64,000 nucleotides of DNA from Candidatus Oxydemutatoraceae bacterium (GCA_965219575.1 OZ244779.1:1-64000), one strand, 5' to 3'. Numbered from the stretch's first letter, positions 11,440-22,042 are shown. Translations and numbers: made by a program. Notes: generated from the letters alone by a model not told the origin.

Positions 11440-12792
11440 TTAGCGCAATACCAGAAACATCGCATTATTGCTGCGTAGTATTTTCAGTAGCAAAGGCTTA
11501 TCCTCGTCTATCAAAGCCTTGAAATCATCGAAATCTTCCACAACCCGGCGGTTTGTTGCCACGATAATATCGCCTTGTCGCAAACCATTGCGTTGCGCAG
11601 CACTACCACCTCTGACTTGCTCGACCTCTATGCCGGGTTTTTCCAAATTGTCGCTCTCCGACAAAACGGCACCCGAAAGACGTCTATCGTAGCGAGCACC
11701 ATCGGTGCTTGCTATTTTCCTAGCAGTGATATAAGCGGTTATTTCAAGCTCGCCATCCTCTCTAAGAACATCTAATACGACCTTGGATCCCATGCGAAGC
11801 AATCCTATGTAGTTCCTTATATCGGAACTATTCTCAATTGCTTTACCATTGACCGACAAAATAATATCACCCGGCTCAATACCCGCTTTTTCAGCCGAAG
11901 AACCGGGCATAACTTCGGTGATAACCACGCCTTTTTCTTGATCTAGACCGAACGCATCGGCTAAATCCTGAGTGAGCGTTTGGACGACGACACCCAGGCG
12001 ACCTCGCTTAACTTCACCGTATTCAATCAACTGCTCGGTGATATTCATCGCCATATTAACCGGTATCGCAAAACCTATACCGACATTCCGACTGGCTCCC
12101 AAAATAGCCGTGTTAATTCCTATCAAGCGACCTTCTAGATCAACCAAAGCACCACCCGAATTACCGGGGTTGATCGATGCGTCGGTTTGTATGAAGTCTT
12201 CGTACGATTCTATACCCAAGCCGCTGCGCCCAAGCGCACTGACAATGCCTAAGGTGACAGTGTGCGCGAGTTGAAAAGGATTACCGATAGCGACGGCAAA
12301 GTCGCCTACCTTAATCGCTTCCGAGTCACCTATCGACATCTCTACTAAATCCTCCGCATCTATTTCTATCACTGCGATATCGGCTTCTTCGTCGACACCG
12401 ACTATTTCTGCCGTATAGCGTCTATCGTTGTCCAAGGTTACATAGATAGTATCGGCTGATTTGACTACATGCGCGTTGGTAATGATATAGCCTTCTTCGG
12501 CATTGATAATAACACCCGAACCTGCACCGCTACGGCGGCGCTCCTGTTTTTGCCCTTCTTCAAATTCCGGGAAGCCGAAAAAGCGTCTGAAAAAGGGATC
12601 ATCGGAAAAAGGATGCGGGCGACGATATATTTCTATAACCTCCTCGGTTGCGATATTAACCACCGCCGGCATAGTTCTCTCCAGCATAGGTGCTAATGTC
12701 GGTAATGCGCTTGCCGATGTTGCAGCATAGACCGATATAGTTGCGGACAATAATGCGAATACGGTAAGCAAAGTAATAAAAGTTTTTTTCAT
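11440..12792 (-). CDS. degQ: DegQ/DegP (Do) family periplasmic serine protease
   Basis: Signal peptide, TNAHVV, QTDASINPGNSGG, two PDZ domains. Confidence 0.9.
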   Translation of the reverse strand: MKKTFITLLTVFALLSATISVYAATSASALPTLAPMLERTMPAVVNIATEEVIEIYRRPHPFSDDPFFRRFFGFPEFEEGQKQERRRSGAGSGVIINAEEGYIITNAHVVKSADTIYVTLDNDRRYTAEIVGVDEEADIAVIEIDAEDLVEMSIGDSEAIKVGDFAVAIGNPFQLAHTVTLGIVSALGRSGLGIESYEDFIQTDASINPGNSGGALVDLEGRLIGINTAILGASRNVGIGFAIPVNMAMNITEQLIEYGEVKRGRLGVVVQTLTQDLADAFGLDQEKGVVITEVMPGSSAEKAGIEPGDIILSVNGKAIENSSDIRNYIGLLRMGSKVVLDVLREDGELEITAYITARKIASTDGARYDRRLSGAVLSESDNLEKPGIEVEQVRGGSAAQRNGLRQGDIIVATNRRVVEDFDDFKALIDEDKPLLLKILRSNNAMFLVLR

Positions 12793-12819
12793 CGGAAGGG
12801 TCGAATAAATAATAATAAT

Positions 12820-12846
12820 CCGCGAGCGTGCTAGGCACGCTCGCGG
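12820..12846 (-). terminator. Probable intrinsic terminator downstream of the Hsp20 gene
   Basis: Perfect 12-bp stem CCGCGAGCGTGC-tag-GCACGCTCGCGG followed on the minus strand by a U/A-rich tract. Confidence 0.6.
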
Positions 12847-12866
12847 GGCTACGGTGTAGAACTAAT

Positions 12867-13301
12867 TTAGTTTATAGACACCGATATCTTCTTGGGTTGC
12901 ACCGATTGCTTTTTTGCTACCGAAATTTTCAGCACACCGTTCTCGTGCTTGGCTGCAACAGTCTCGGTATCGGCGGTCGAGGGCAATGTAAAGTGCCTTT
13001 GATAACTACCCGAGTGACGCTCGGTATGTATATAGTGATCCTTACTATCGCTCACCTCGGATACATGTTTTGCCGATATCACAAGGCTGTTGTTTTCTAC
13101 ATGCACATCGATATCGTCTGCTTTGATTCCGGGCAAATCGGCATAAAAGGTCCAACCCGTGTCGCTCTCTTTAACATCCACTGCCGGTATCAACCATTTT
13201 CTAGAATCTTCGCCGTTGCCTGTTTCATGAGGCCAAGCCAGCAATTTTTCAAAAGGACCGAACAGTCGGTCAAAGTTTGACAATACTAATGAATTGTTCA
13301 T
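12867..13301 (-). CDS. Small heat-shock protein (Hsp20/alpha-crystallin)
   Basis: PAVDVKE, DLPG, ERHSGSYQRHFTLP, ENGVLKI, C-terminal ISV. Confidence 0.93.
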   Translation of the reverse strand: MNNSLVLSNFDRLFGPFEKLLAWPHETGNGEDSRKWLIPAVDVKESDTGWTFYADLPGIKADDIDVHVENNSLVISAKHVSEVSDSKDHYIHTERHSGSYQRHFTLPSTADTETVAAKHENGVLKISVAKKQSVQPKKISVSIN

Positions 13302-13339
13302 TTTCTTTACTCCATAGTTGTGTTAATCGGATGTTTATA

Positions 13340-13367
13340 ATATAGAGACGCAGTATTGATTTTCAAG
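13340..13367 (-). promoter_or_regulatory. Sigma-32 (RpoH)-type heat-shock promoter
   Basis: Minus strand CTTGAAA-N13-CTCTATAT against consensus CTTGAAA-N13-15-CCCCATnT, directly upstream of an Hsp20 gene. Confidence 0.6.
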
Positions 13368-13381
13368 TAACAATCGAATCA

Positions 13382-13864
13382 TTAGATGGCTTCAAAACGA
13401 CCTTTATCTCTATTTTTACGCACCTTGTCGGCTGCAAAGATTTCTCCGTTCATCACAATATAAACACCCGGCTTCAATAACTGAACCGAAGCCAATGCAA
13501 AACCGGTGTTGAATTCGGCATCGCTATTTTTGAAGCGGGCGGGCTGCATCGCACCGGTTAAAACGATTGTCTTTCCATCGATGCCTTGCAAGGCACGTGC
13601 AGTTTCTACCATCGTGTCGGTGCCGTGCACGACGATGAAATGCGTGTTTGTGTCTTTTGCTACACGCGCACGCAGAACGGCGCGGTCGTCATCGTCGAGG
13701 TCTAGACTGTCTTTGCTTATAATCGCTTCAACTCGATAATCTAAGGCTACTTTCGCTTGCTCCAATATGGAAATCACTTGAGGATCGCCGATACGATAAT
13801 CGCTCAACGCGTCGTAATATACCTTATCGAAAGTGCCACCGGTGGCAAGAAATATAATTTTCAT
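13382..13864 (-). CDS. Asparaginase-domain protein (short, N-terminal domain only)
   Basis: ATGGTFDK, HGTDTM, LTGAMQP. Confidence 0.9.
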   Translation of the reverse strand: MKIIFLATGGTFDKVYYDALSDYRIGDPQVISILEQAKVALDYRVEAIISKDSLDLDDDDRAVLRARVAKDTNTHFIVVHGTDTMVETARALQGIDGKTIVLTGAMQPARFKNSDAEFNTGFALASVQLLKPGVYIVMNGEIFAADKVRKNRDKGRFEAI

Positions 13865-13933
13865 CCGTATAGGCTCTCGGTCATCGTTTGTTCATCGGTA
13901 AATAATGGTTGCTTTCTGATATTATTATAAAAG

Positions 13934-15157
13934 ATGTACGATACCGATCAAAAATTACGCGCCAAGATCGTTGCGGATAGCGACCGCTGTGTTATGTGCG
14001 GCTTATGTTTACCACATTGCCCGACCTTCGATATTGAGCGCAACGAAGCCGATTCGCCTAGAGGGCGTATCGTATTGGCTAAAGCGATAGCCAAAAAACA
14101 GCTAAAAGCGGATGAAAGTGCACGCACACATCTGGAATCGTGTTTGCATTGCTTGCATTGTGAGCAAGTCTGCCCGGCAAAAGTACCCTACGGAGAATTA
14201 ATAGATAACATCAAACATTATTTACATCGGAAACGACAAACAACCCGGTTACCGTTATGGCTGAAATTAGTAATCGTTTCTCGTAAACTACGATTGTTGT
14301 TTGCTTTATTTATTAAGCTATACCAATACTTCGGCATACAAGCACGATTGAGACAATGGAAGCTATTCAAACGAACAACCGCTGCCTCTTGGGATGCAAT
14401 GTTGGCCGAGCGATACTATATACCTGCTACAAAGTCATACCCGACAATTAATTCGAAACATAAAATCGTGACCTTGTTTACCGGCTGTGTCGCAACGATA
14501 AGCGACCAAAATACCTTAAAAGCAACTAAAAGACTGCTTGCGGCAACAGGCTTTAAGGTACAGTCAAATAACACGCAGTATTGCTGCGGGGCTATCCATC
14601 AACATGTCGGGGATTCGGAATACGCGCAACGTTTGATGTTGAAAAACTCCACGGCATTCAAGTCCGACATTCCCATTGTGTCTTGTGCGAGCGGTTGCGG
14701 GGGGCGGTTACAGCAATACGATAACGAGATATCAAAATGCCATTACGACATACATGCCTTTTTAATCGAACACGCTAAGCATTTGGTTTTTAAGGAATTA
14801 TCCGAGACCGTTGCATTGCATACGCCGTGCTCGATGCAAAATATCTTAAAACAACAAGAAATGCCGAAACAGCTTTTGAGTCTAATTCCGAACTTGTCGG
14901 TTGTCTCCTTAAAACCCGAAACAACTTGCTGTGGTGCAGCGGGCATACAGATACTGCAACACCAAGATCAGGGAAATGCCTTAGCCGATGATACAATTGA
15001 TGCCATGAAAAAAACGAATGCCGATATTTTACTGACATCCAATGTGGGCTGTGCAATGCACCTCAGACGTAGAATTTGGCAACGCAAACTTAAGTACGAA
15101 GTGATGCACCCCGCACTATTACTTTATAAACAGCTACAAACGACAAAAGACCGATGA
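13934..15157 (+). CDS. Fe-S oxidoreductase, glycolate oxidase GlcF-like
   Basis: CVMCGLCLPHCPT, SPRGRI, CLHCLHCEQVCP, two CCG domains. Confidence 0.88.
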   Translation: MYDTDQKLRAKIVADSDRCVMCGLCLPHCPTFDIERNEADSPRGRIVLAKAIAKKQLKADESARTHLESCLHCLHCEQVCPAKVPYGELIDNIKHYLHRKRQTTRLPLWLKLVIVSRKLRLLFALFIKLYQYFGIQARLRQWKLFKRTTAASWDAMLAERYYIPATKSYPTINSKHKIVTLFTGCVATISDQNTLKATKRLLAATGFKVQSNNTQYCCGAIHQHVGDSEYAQRLMLKNSTAFKSDIPIVSCASGCGGRLQQYDNEISKCHYDIHAFLIEHAKHLVFKELSETVALHTPCSMQNILKQQEMPKQLLSLIPNLSVVSLKPETTCCGAAGIQILQHQDQGNALADDTIDAMKKTNADILLTSNVGCAMHLRRRIWQRKLKYEVMHPALLLYKQLQTTKDR

Positions 15158-15792
15158 AACGGTACTCGCTTATCGATCAATTGATTATAAATGCCGATTT
15201 TGTGTTGCGCGCAGTCAACGGTATATCGACAGGAAAACAACGCAAACATCCGGCAGCGGGTATTCCCGAAAGTGACCTAAGCGAAAATGAAAAAGAAACG
15301 GCAGCTCGCTTGATGCGAGTCAACCACGCCGGGGAAATCGCTGCACAGGGTCTTTATCACGGGCAGGCATTATTCGCACGCAAACAAACCACACGCCGAC
15401 ACATGCTCGACAGCGCGCATCAAGAAACCGAGCACTTGTATTGGTGTAAGCAGCGTATAAAACAACTGGATGGTCGCACCAGCTTGCTGGCACCGGTCTG
15501 GTATGCAGGTTCTTTTGCAATGGGTACTATGGCGTCGATCGCCGGCGATCGGTGGAACTTCGCATTCATACGAGAAACCGAAGAACAGGTCGTAGAACAT
15601 TTACAATCTCACCTAAATCGCCTGTCTCCTAAAGATAAAATTACTCGGGCGATTATCATACAGGTAATTTCCGATGAAGCCGAACACGCTCAATCGGCGT
15701 ATTCGCAAAGCGATTATGAACTTCCGCAAGCACTTGGCACGATGATGCGAGCAACCGCTAAAATCATGACGGTCGGCGCGTACTATATATAG
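15154..15792 (+). CDS. coq7: Demethoxyubiquinone hydroxylase
   Basis: LMRVNHAGEIAAQGLYHGQ, ETEHL, ETEEQVVEHL, DEAEH di-iron motifs. Confidence 0.93.
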   Translation: MKRYSLIDQLIINADFVLRAVNGISTGKQRKHPAAGIPESDLSENEKETAARLMRVNHAGEIAAQGLYHGQALFARKQTTRRHMLDSAHQETEHLYWCKQRIKQLDGRTSLLAPVWYAGSFAMGTMASIAGDRWNFAFIRETEEQVVEHLQSHLNRLSPKDKITRAIIIQVISDEAEHAQSAYSQSDYELPQALGTMMRATAKIMTVGAYYI

Positions 15793-15847
15793 TTTAATCC
15801 GCCTAGAGCCTATAAAGGTTTCGCTCACTTTGTAATAAACCTTTTAA

Positions 15848-16921
15848 CTAAAGTGAACTATTGCTATCGGAAGATTGGTAATACGAACCTGTTCTATACC
15901 ATGCACCCTCAAAAATAAATCTATTTCTGCGGTAGGAGTGGATCTTAACCGCCGCATATCTCATGATGTTTTTCTCCACCGAATATAACAAATTGTGATC
16001 TATAACCCCGCCTCGAGTAACTTGCTCTACGAGTTCTTCAAAATCGGTATATCTATAAACATTATATTTAGGCTTTAAGAAGTCGAAGTAATCGGTATCC
16101 ATTATATTTGACATGATATAAAGCGGCATATTTTTGCTATGCATTTCGTAAACATTTTTCACAGCATCTTCTATACCGTTGCGCAGATAGTCGGCATGTT
16201 TTATCTCCTCCGATGCTATTTTTGAATTTTCGGCAAATCTCACATGCATACATGCATAATAACGAAGATTGTTGAAATCTTGCTCTATACCAAATTTTCT
16301 AAACCGAGGCAAATCATATAAAACATCGGTAAACAACTCCATGCTCTCCCGTTTCGTGCCGAAATGATTGACTACAATATCGCTTAAGTTCTCCACCCGT
16401 CCGGAGGGAGGAATGACGACATAAAAGGGAGACTTAAAATATGCATTTAACCTGGGACTAAAATACAAGCCTTTATAAATCTTGGGTAGCTGCTTATCTC
16501 TCCCTTTTCTCCTTAAACTCTCCTTATCTCTAGACAAAACAATTATACGAGTAGTTTCATTCTCTTCATCATAGAGCTGAAAACCATTAATAGACTGTAT
16601 TTGTGATTCGGGGCATGACCAATCAAAATCTTTTTCGTGCACGTACCGTAAGGCTTCAGGCAACTCTTTGATCGTCCCGTCGGATGTCGTTTGCAGTATT
16701 TTTACAGCCGATAAATTGATGTGTTCGTCCCAATCAATAGCTACATCTTGTTCTATGTCATCTAATCTATGTACGAAAGAAGTTCTAGCCTCCTTGATAA
16801 TCGGAATTCTTCCCAAGGATAAAGCTACTCTTATGAGTAATACCAAATCGTAGGTTTTAGAGTCCAAACCGCCGTCGTATTCATAAGAAAGATAAAGATA
16901 TTTATCGCTTTGTTGCAACAT
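15848..16921 (-). CDS. O-fucosyltransferase-like protein (tandem paralog 4 of 4)
   Basis: N-terminal GGLDSK, YACMHVRF, LYIMSN, DHNLLYSVEKNIMR shared with neighbours; GT-B fucosyltransferase motif pattern. Confidence 0.6.
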   Translation of the reverse strand: MLQQSDKYLYLSYEYDGGLDSKTYDLVLLIRVALSLGRIPIIKEARTSFVHRLDDIEQDVAIDWDEHINLSAVKILQTTSDGTIKELPEALRYVHEKDFDWSCPESQIQSINGFQLYDEENETTRIIVLSRDKESLRRKGRDKQLPKIYKGLYFSPRLNAYFKSPFYVVIPPSGRVENLSDIVVNHFGTKRESMELFTDVLYDLPRFRKFGIEQDFNNLRYYACMHVRFAENSKIASEEIKHADYLRNGIEDAVKNVYEMHSKNMPLYIMSNIMDTDYFDFLKPKYNVYRYTDFEELVEQVTRGGVIDHNLLYSVEKNIMRYAAVKIHSYRRNRFIFEGAWYRTGSYYQSSDSNSSL

Positions 16922-16952
16922 CGGTGTGAAAGTCTCAATGTTATATACATTC

Positions 16953-18041
16953 TCACTTCAAGGTTTCCATCAACTTATTTATATGATATTCAAACCCGAG
17001 ATTTATCTTCTGTACCAAAGATCTATTAATACCGAACCAATTGTTCCATGGACCCTCAAAGGAAAAATTATTCATTTCGGCAGGAAGTATTTTAATTACG
17101 GCATGCCTCATAATGTTATCTTCTACTAGATAAAGTAAATTGTGGTCTATCATTTTACTTTGAGTAAATCTTTCTTTTAATTCCCTAAAGTCACCGTATC
17201 TATAAACATTTTGTTTAGGGCTTAAAAAGTGTAAATAACCGGTACTCGCCGTGTCGGATATAATGTAGAAGGGTAATTTTTTACCTTTTTGTTTGCGCAC
17301 TTTCCTAATCACCTCTTGAACCTTCATCGTTGCTACATATTTATTTATAAGTCTCGGAGTCGCACCGATGTTTTTCTCGTATCTTAGGTTCATGCAGGCA
17401 TAGGATTGTGAAATGCCGACTAGTGAACTTCCTCCTAAATGCTGCTCTCGAAAACTGCATGAAAATATATCGGATAAAAGTTTCATATTTTCTCGCCTAG
17501 TACCGAAATAATCGAGAACTATATCGGTTAAGCCGTTCACCTCTTGCGAAAATGAAAAAATAATTAAAAATGTAGGAATGTCAAATCTATTTTCGTTAAT
17601 ACTCGGATAGGGTTTAGATCTTATTAGCTGCAACTTCTCAGTATCTTTCGATTGTAACAAACAAACCACCGGATATTGTTCATTTTCCTCATCGTAGAGT
17701 TGATGACTATCGATATATCGTATCTTGCCTTTGGGATACGAGTTGAGATCAAAATCTCGCTTGCGCAGATAACAAAGGGTATCCGAAAGTTCTTTTATGC
17801 CTCCCGACTCTATTTTTAATATCCTAGTCTTGGACAAATCAATATATTGTTCCCAATTAATAGAGGTACTAATAGCGCAACCATCACATATTAGGGAAAA
17901 TTTTTCTTCCTCGATGATAGGGATTCTTTTCATCGATAAAGCTATGCTTATAATTAATTCTAGATCACGGATTTTAGAATCTATACTCTCTTCCTCTTTT
18001 CCACAAGGCACATAAAAATATTTTCCACTTTCTTGTAACAT
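16953..18041 (-). CDS. O-fucosyltransferase-like protein (paralog 3 of 4; motif H replaced by N)
   Basis: ESIDSK, YACMNLRY, FYIISD, DHNLLYLVEDNIMRHA; start at ATG 18041 chosen by alignment (track extends to 18068). Confidence 0.6.
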   Translation of the reverse strand: MLQESGKYFYVPCGKEEESIDSKIRDLELIISIALSMKRIPIIEEEKFSLICDGCAISTSINWEQYIDLSKTRILKIESGGIKELSDTLCYLRKRDFDLNSYPKGKIRYIDSHQLYDEENEQYPVVCLLQSKDTEKLQLIRSKPYPSINENRFDIPTFLIIFSFSQEVNGLTDIVLDYFGTRRENMKLLSDIFSCSFREQHLGGSSLVGISQSYACMNLRYEKNIGATPRLINKYVATMKVQEVIRKVRKQKGKKLPFYIISDTASTGYLHFLSPKQNVYRYGDFRELKERFTQSKMIDHNLLYLVEDNIMRHAVIKILPAEMNNFSFEGPWNNWFGINRSLVQKINLGFEYHINKLMETLK

Positions 18042-18108
18042 GATTGTTTCATGCCGACAAATATACAAAATTTTTCACCTGATGTGATTCTCGTTATTAC
18101 ACATTTGG

Positions 18109-19158
18109 CTATGTTATCCTAAAAATTCTCTCAAAAGTATTCATAATATTTAACCATGGATATTCAAAAATCGATAGTCTCCTATAAGCAGGGAAAATTC
18201 TAACCGTGGCGTGACGCATAATATTGCACTCTATTGCATAAAGCAAATTATGATCTATCTCTTCTTTACGACTAAACCGTTCTCTCAGTTGGGCAAAATC
18301 GGTATATCTATAAATATCATAATTAGGTTTCAAGAAATTAAAATAATTATCGTCCATTATGTTCGACATAATATAGAGCGGCATGCGCTTGTTATTTTTT
18401 GCATATACCGTGTCGACAGTCCTTTTCACATATTTGCTTAATTCCGAGGATTCTTTTATCCTTCTTTGCGCCTGTTGAACATTTCCCATGTATCGTATAT
18501 GCATACACGCATAATAGTTCAAACCTTCATCGTAGAGTTTCGTATCTCCATACCTAAAATCAGGAAGCTCATACAGAATACTGGATAACAGCTTCATATC
18601 TTTTCGAGTCGTGTCGAAACAGTTAAGGACTACATCGGTTAAATCATTTACGAGTTTTGACGGTGGAAAAATGATTAAATAATTTAAGATAGCAGGTATT
18701 CTTAACAGTGAGTGTAATCTCTCGCCGAATTCGGGTATTTTTTTTTGCCCCGAGATATACTCGGGATTTACCATGCAGACTAAGGGGTAGTTCTCATTCT
18801 CTTCGTCTAAAATTTGAGTATGGTCGATATACTTTATTTGATCTTTAGAATACGAACCAAAATCAAAATCCTGTTCGTGTATATATTGAAAAGTATCCGC
18901 ATGCGCTATTTCCCCGCCGGATTTTAGTTCAAATATTTCTGTTTTTGAAAAGTCAATGTATCGTCGCAGATCAACCAACATCCTTTTATTTAATTTATCC
19001 AACCGGTGCCTCGGATTAGAAAATTCATTCGTTATAATCGGGATCCTTTTCATAGCCAAAGCGACTTGTGTAAACTCGGATAAATGTAGAATCTGAGCAT
19101 CAAATCCACCACCCATCCGATGCGGAGTATAAAAATATTTTTTATCTTTTTGTATCAA
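18109..19158 (-). CDS. O-fucosyltransferase-like protein (paralog 2 of 4)
   Basis: GGGFDAQ, YACMHIRY, LYIMSN, DHNLLYAIECNIMRHA. Confidence 0.6.
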   Translation of the reverse strand: MIQKDKKYFYTPHRMGGGFDAQILHLSEFTQVALAMKRIPIITNEFSNPRHRLDKLNKRMLVDLRRYIDFSKTEIFELKSGGEIAHADTFQYIHEQDFDFGSYSKDQIKYIDHTQILDEENENYPLVCMVNPEYISGQKKIPEFGERLHSLLRIPAILNYLIIFPPSKLVNDLTDVVLNCFDTTRKDMKLLSSILYELPDFRYGDTKLYDEGLNYYACMHIRYMGNVQQAQRRIKESSELSKYVKRTVDTVYAKNNKRMPLYIMSNIMDDNYFNFLKPNYDIYRYTDFAQLRERFSRKEEIDHNLLYAIECNIMRHATVRIFPAYRRLSIFEYPWLNIMNTFERIFRIT

Positions 19159-19256
19159 GAGTTCCTAATAGTCTATTTAAGTCTTGGATAAAGTGACATC
19201 GGTGTGAAAGTCTATTTATCGGAATAGCCTCATAAGTCTTCTAAACCGATCCGTTA

Positions 19257-20318
19257 TCATTTTTTATCAAAATTACCTGCACCCCATTCCCCTTTGAAAA
19301 TAAACATATTGCTTTTCCGTCTAGAAAAAATTTTAACTAAGGCATGCCGCATAATGTTCTTCTCTACCGAATAGAGTAAGTTATGATCTATGACTCTTTT
19401 TTCGACAAATCGTTCTTTAAGCCCCTCAAAATCGTCATATCTATATACATCGTATTTGCGTTTCAAAAAGTTAAAATAATCAAGTTCCATTATGTTCGAC
19501 ATGATATAAATCGGCAAACCTCTAATACTTTTTTTATACGTCATTTTTATGGTTTTGCTTAAACTTTTTTTAAGTTGCCGAGAATTCTGCTTAAGCAGAC
19601 TCGAAGCCTGCTGAGCATTGTCTCCGAATCGCACATGTACACACGCATAATTACCCGAGTTCTTAAAAAAACCGTTTCTTTCCGATCGGCATCTAGATAA
19701 AAGTAAAAACTCATATAACATATTAGATAGAGTATTCGTTTGCGCTAAAGTTGTTCCGAAGTGACCCAATACTATCTCGGTTAAATCATTTACTTCTTTA
19801 GAGGGGGGAAATATTATGAAAAATGAGGAGTCATAATGAATAATGCCTCTATTACTAAATTTCAATAATTTCAACTTGTTGAGAAAGTCAATCGGTTCTT
19901 TGATCGATAACAGATCTTCATTTTTTAGTAGGCAGATTATCGGATATTGATCATTCTCCTTATCGTGGACTTGTTCACTATTGATAAAACGTATTTGATT
20001 CTTAGAGTATAGATTAAAATCAAAATCCCTTTCGTAAACATATTGTAAAGTATCGGGGATTTCCCTTAATAATCCGTTAGGTCCTGTATTCAGTATCTTT
20101 GTCTCTGACAAATCAATATACTTATCCCAATTAATACTGTGTATGTTTTTTTCCTTATCCAACCGATGCCTATCAGAAGTCACCTCTTCGTTTATGATAG
20201 GAATCCTTTTCATAGATAAAGAAACATTGACTATTATTTCCAAATCCCAGAGCTTTGAGTCCAATCCTCCGCCTTTGCTATACGGAATATAGAGATATTT
20301 TTCTGTGTGCTGTAACAC
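19257..20318 (-). CDS. O-fucosyltransferase-like protein (paralog 1 of 4)
   Basis: GGGLDSK, YACVHVRF, IYIMSN, DHNLLYSVEKNIMRHA; starts 2 nt after the dcd stop. Confidence 0.6.
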   Translation of the reverse strand: MLQHTEKYLYIPYSKGGGLDSKLWDLEIIVNVSLSMKRIPIINEEVTSDRHRLDKEKNIHSINWDKYIDLSETKILNTGPNGLLREIPDTLQYVYERDFDFNLYSKNQIRFINSEQVHDKENDQYPIICLLKNEDLLSIKEPIDFLNKLKLLKFSNRGIIHYDSSFFIIFPPSKEVNDLTEIVLGHFGTTLAQTNTLSNMLYEFLLLSRCRSERNGFFKNSGNYACVHVRFGDNAQQASSLLKQNSRQLKKSLSKTIKMTYKKSIRGLPIYIMSNIMELDYFNFLKRKYDVYRYDDFEGLKERFVEKRVIDHNLLYSVEKNIMRHALVKIFSRRKSNMFIFKGEWGAGNFDKK

Positions 20319-20320
20319 TT

Positions 20321-20884
20321 TTAGGCTTTGGGTAAAGTGACTCCGGTTTGTTTTTGGTATTTACCGGAACGATCTTTGTACGATGTCGAACATTGGGAAT
20401 CGGCTTCAAAAAACAATAGTTGGGCAACACCTTCTCCGGCATAAATCTTAGCCGGTAGCGGCGAAGTATTAGAAAACTCCAATGTTATATGACCCTCCCA
20501 CTCGGGTTCCAGCGGTGTAACATTAACGATGATGCCGCAACGCGCATAAGTCGATTTACCGACGCATATAGTCAATACCGAACGGGGAATCTGCAAGTAC
20601 TCGACGGTACTCGCCAAGGCAAAGGAATTCGGTGGAATAATGCAAACATCCGAATGTACATCAAGAAAACTTTTTTCACTAAATGCTTTAGGGTCTACGA
20701 TCGTTGAATTGATATTGGTGAATACCTTGAAATGATTACTGCAACGAATATCATAACCGTAGCTTGAAGTGCCGTACGAAATTACTTTTTGATCGTCGAC
20801 AGTACTAATTTGGTTAGGTTCAAAAGGCACAATCATGCCTTTCGCCGCCATCTTGCATATCCAATTATCGGGCTTAATAGACAT
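20321..20884 (-). CDS. dcd: dCTP deaminase
   Basis: [43 protein letters not shown]. Confidence 0.97.
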   Translation of the reverse strand: MSIKPDNWICKMAAKGMIVPFEPNQISTVDDQKVISYGTSSYGYDIRCSNHFKVFTNINSTIVDPKAFSEKSFLDVHSDVCIIPPNSFALASTVEYLQIPRSVLTICVGKSTYARCGIIVNVTPLEPEWEGHITLEFSNTSPLPAKIYAGEGVAQLLFFEADSQCSTSYKDRSGKYQKQTGVTLPKA

Positions 20885-20887
20885 TTA

Positions 20888-22006
20888 TTAATCGTTGCGA
20901 ATAACAATTTTAGGGAATTTGGCGGAATAATCTTTGCCTTGAATCGCAAGCCGGGCAGCTGCTTTACGAGCGACTTCTTTATAAATTTGCGTGGGACGAC
21001 TATACTCGTCGGTCAATACCGTAGGGGTGCCGCTATCGGTTTGTTCGCGGATATGAATATCCAACGGCAATGCTCCCAATAATTCTACATCGTAATCCTC
21101 GGACATCGCCTCACCGCCGCCGCTACCGAAAATAGGTTCTTCGTGTCCGCATCGACTACAGATATGAATACTCATATTTTCAACGATGCCGAGTATCGGC
21201 ACATCAACTTTTTGAAACATTTTGACACCTTTGCGGGCATCGAGCAGAGCAATATTTTGCGGCGTAGTCACAATGATTGCTCCGCTCACCGGTATTTTCT
21301 GGGCTAAAGTTAGTTGCACATCACCGGTGCCGGGTGGCAAATCTACGATCAGATAATCTAAATCAACCCAGTTGGTATTATTCAATAGCTGTTCCAAGGC
21401 TTGCGTGACCATAGGACCTCGCCAAATCATAGGCGTGTCTTCTTCTATCAAAAAACCGATAGACATGGCTTGTAGTTGGTATTTCTGCATCGGCTCCAGA
21501 GTCTTGCCGTCTTTAGAGTCGGGTTGTCCCTTAAGACCCAGCATACTCGGTTGACTGGGGCCGTAAATATCGGCATCCAAAATACCGACCTTCGCACCTT
21601 CGGCAGAAAGTGCCAACGCCAAATTAACCGCAGTCGTCGATTTGCCGACCCCGCCTTTGCCCGATGCCACCGCAATCACATTCTTGATCTCACGCATAGG
21701 TTTCAGATTTTTCTGCACCGAATGAGAAACAATCTCCCAATCAACCTTTACCACAACCTCTTGTACACCTTCTAAAACATTGATTTTCCTGTCTATTTCT
21801 TTTTGAAACCATGCCACCATAGATTTTGCCGGGTAACCCAACCGTATATGCACGACAACCCTCCCATCGGCTACATCGATGTTTTCAACCTCTTTGGAGG
21901 CAACCAAGTCCTTGGCGGTGTTAGGGTCGGTAATGTTGGCTAGGATCTGTTCTATCGTTTCTTTGTTAACCTTTGACATTGTCATGCTCATTATCAAAAC
22001 AGCCAT
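20888..22006 (-). CDS. apbC: Fe-S cluster carrier ATPase Mrp/ApbC
   Basis: VASGKGGVGKST, DADIYGPS, WRGPM, DLPPGTGD, ENMS..CxxC; true start may be a downstream ATG (e.g. 21979). Confidence 0.95.
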   Translation of the reverse strand: MAVLIMSMTMSKVNKETIEQILANITDPNTAKDLVASKEVENIDVADGRVVVHIRLGYPAKSMVAWFQKEIDRKINVLEGVQEVVVKVDWEIVSHSVQKNLKPMREIKNVIAVASGKGGVGKSTTAVNLALALSAEGAKVGILDADIYGPSQPSMLGLKGQPDSKDGKTLEPMQKYQLQAMSIGFLIEEDTPMIWRGPMVTQALEQLLNNTNWVDLDYLIVDLPPGTGDVQLTLAQKIPVSGAIIVTTPQNIALLDARKGVKMFQKVDVPILGIVENMSIHICSRCGHEEPIFGSGGGEAMSEDYDVELLGALPLDIHIREQTDSGTPTVLTDEYSRPTQIYKEVARKAAARLAIQGKDYSAKFPKIVIRND

Positions 22007-22042
22007 TATATACCATACATTTGAATCGTATATACGATGGCG

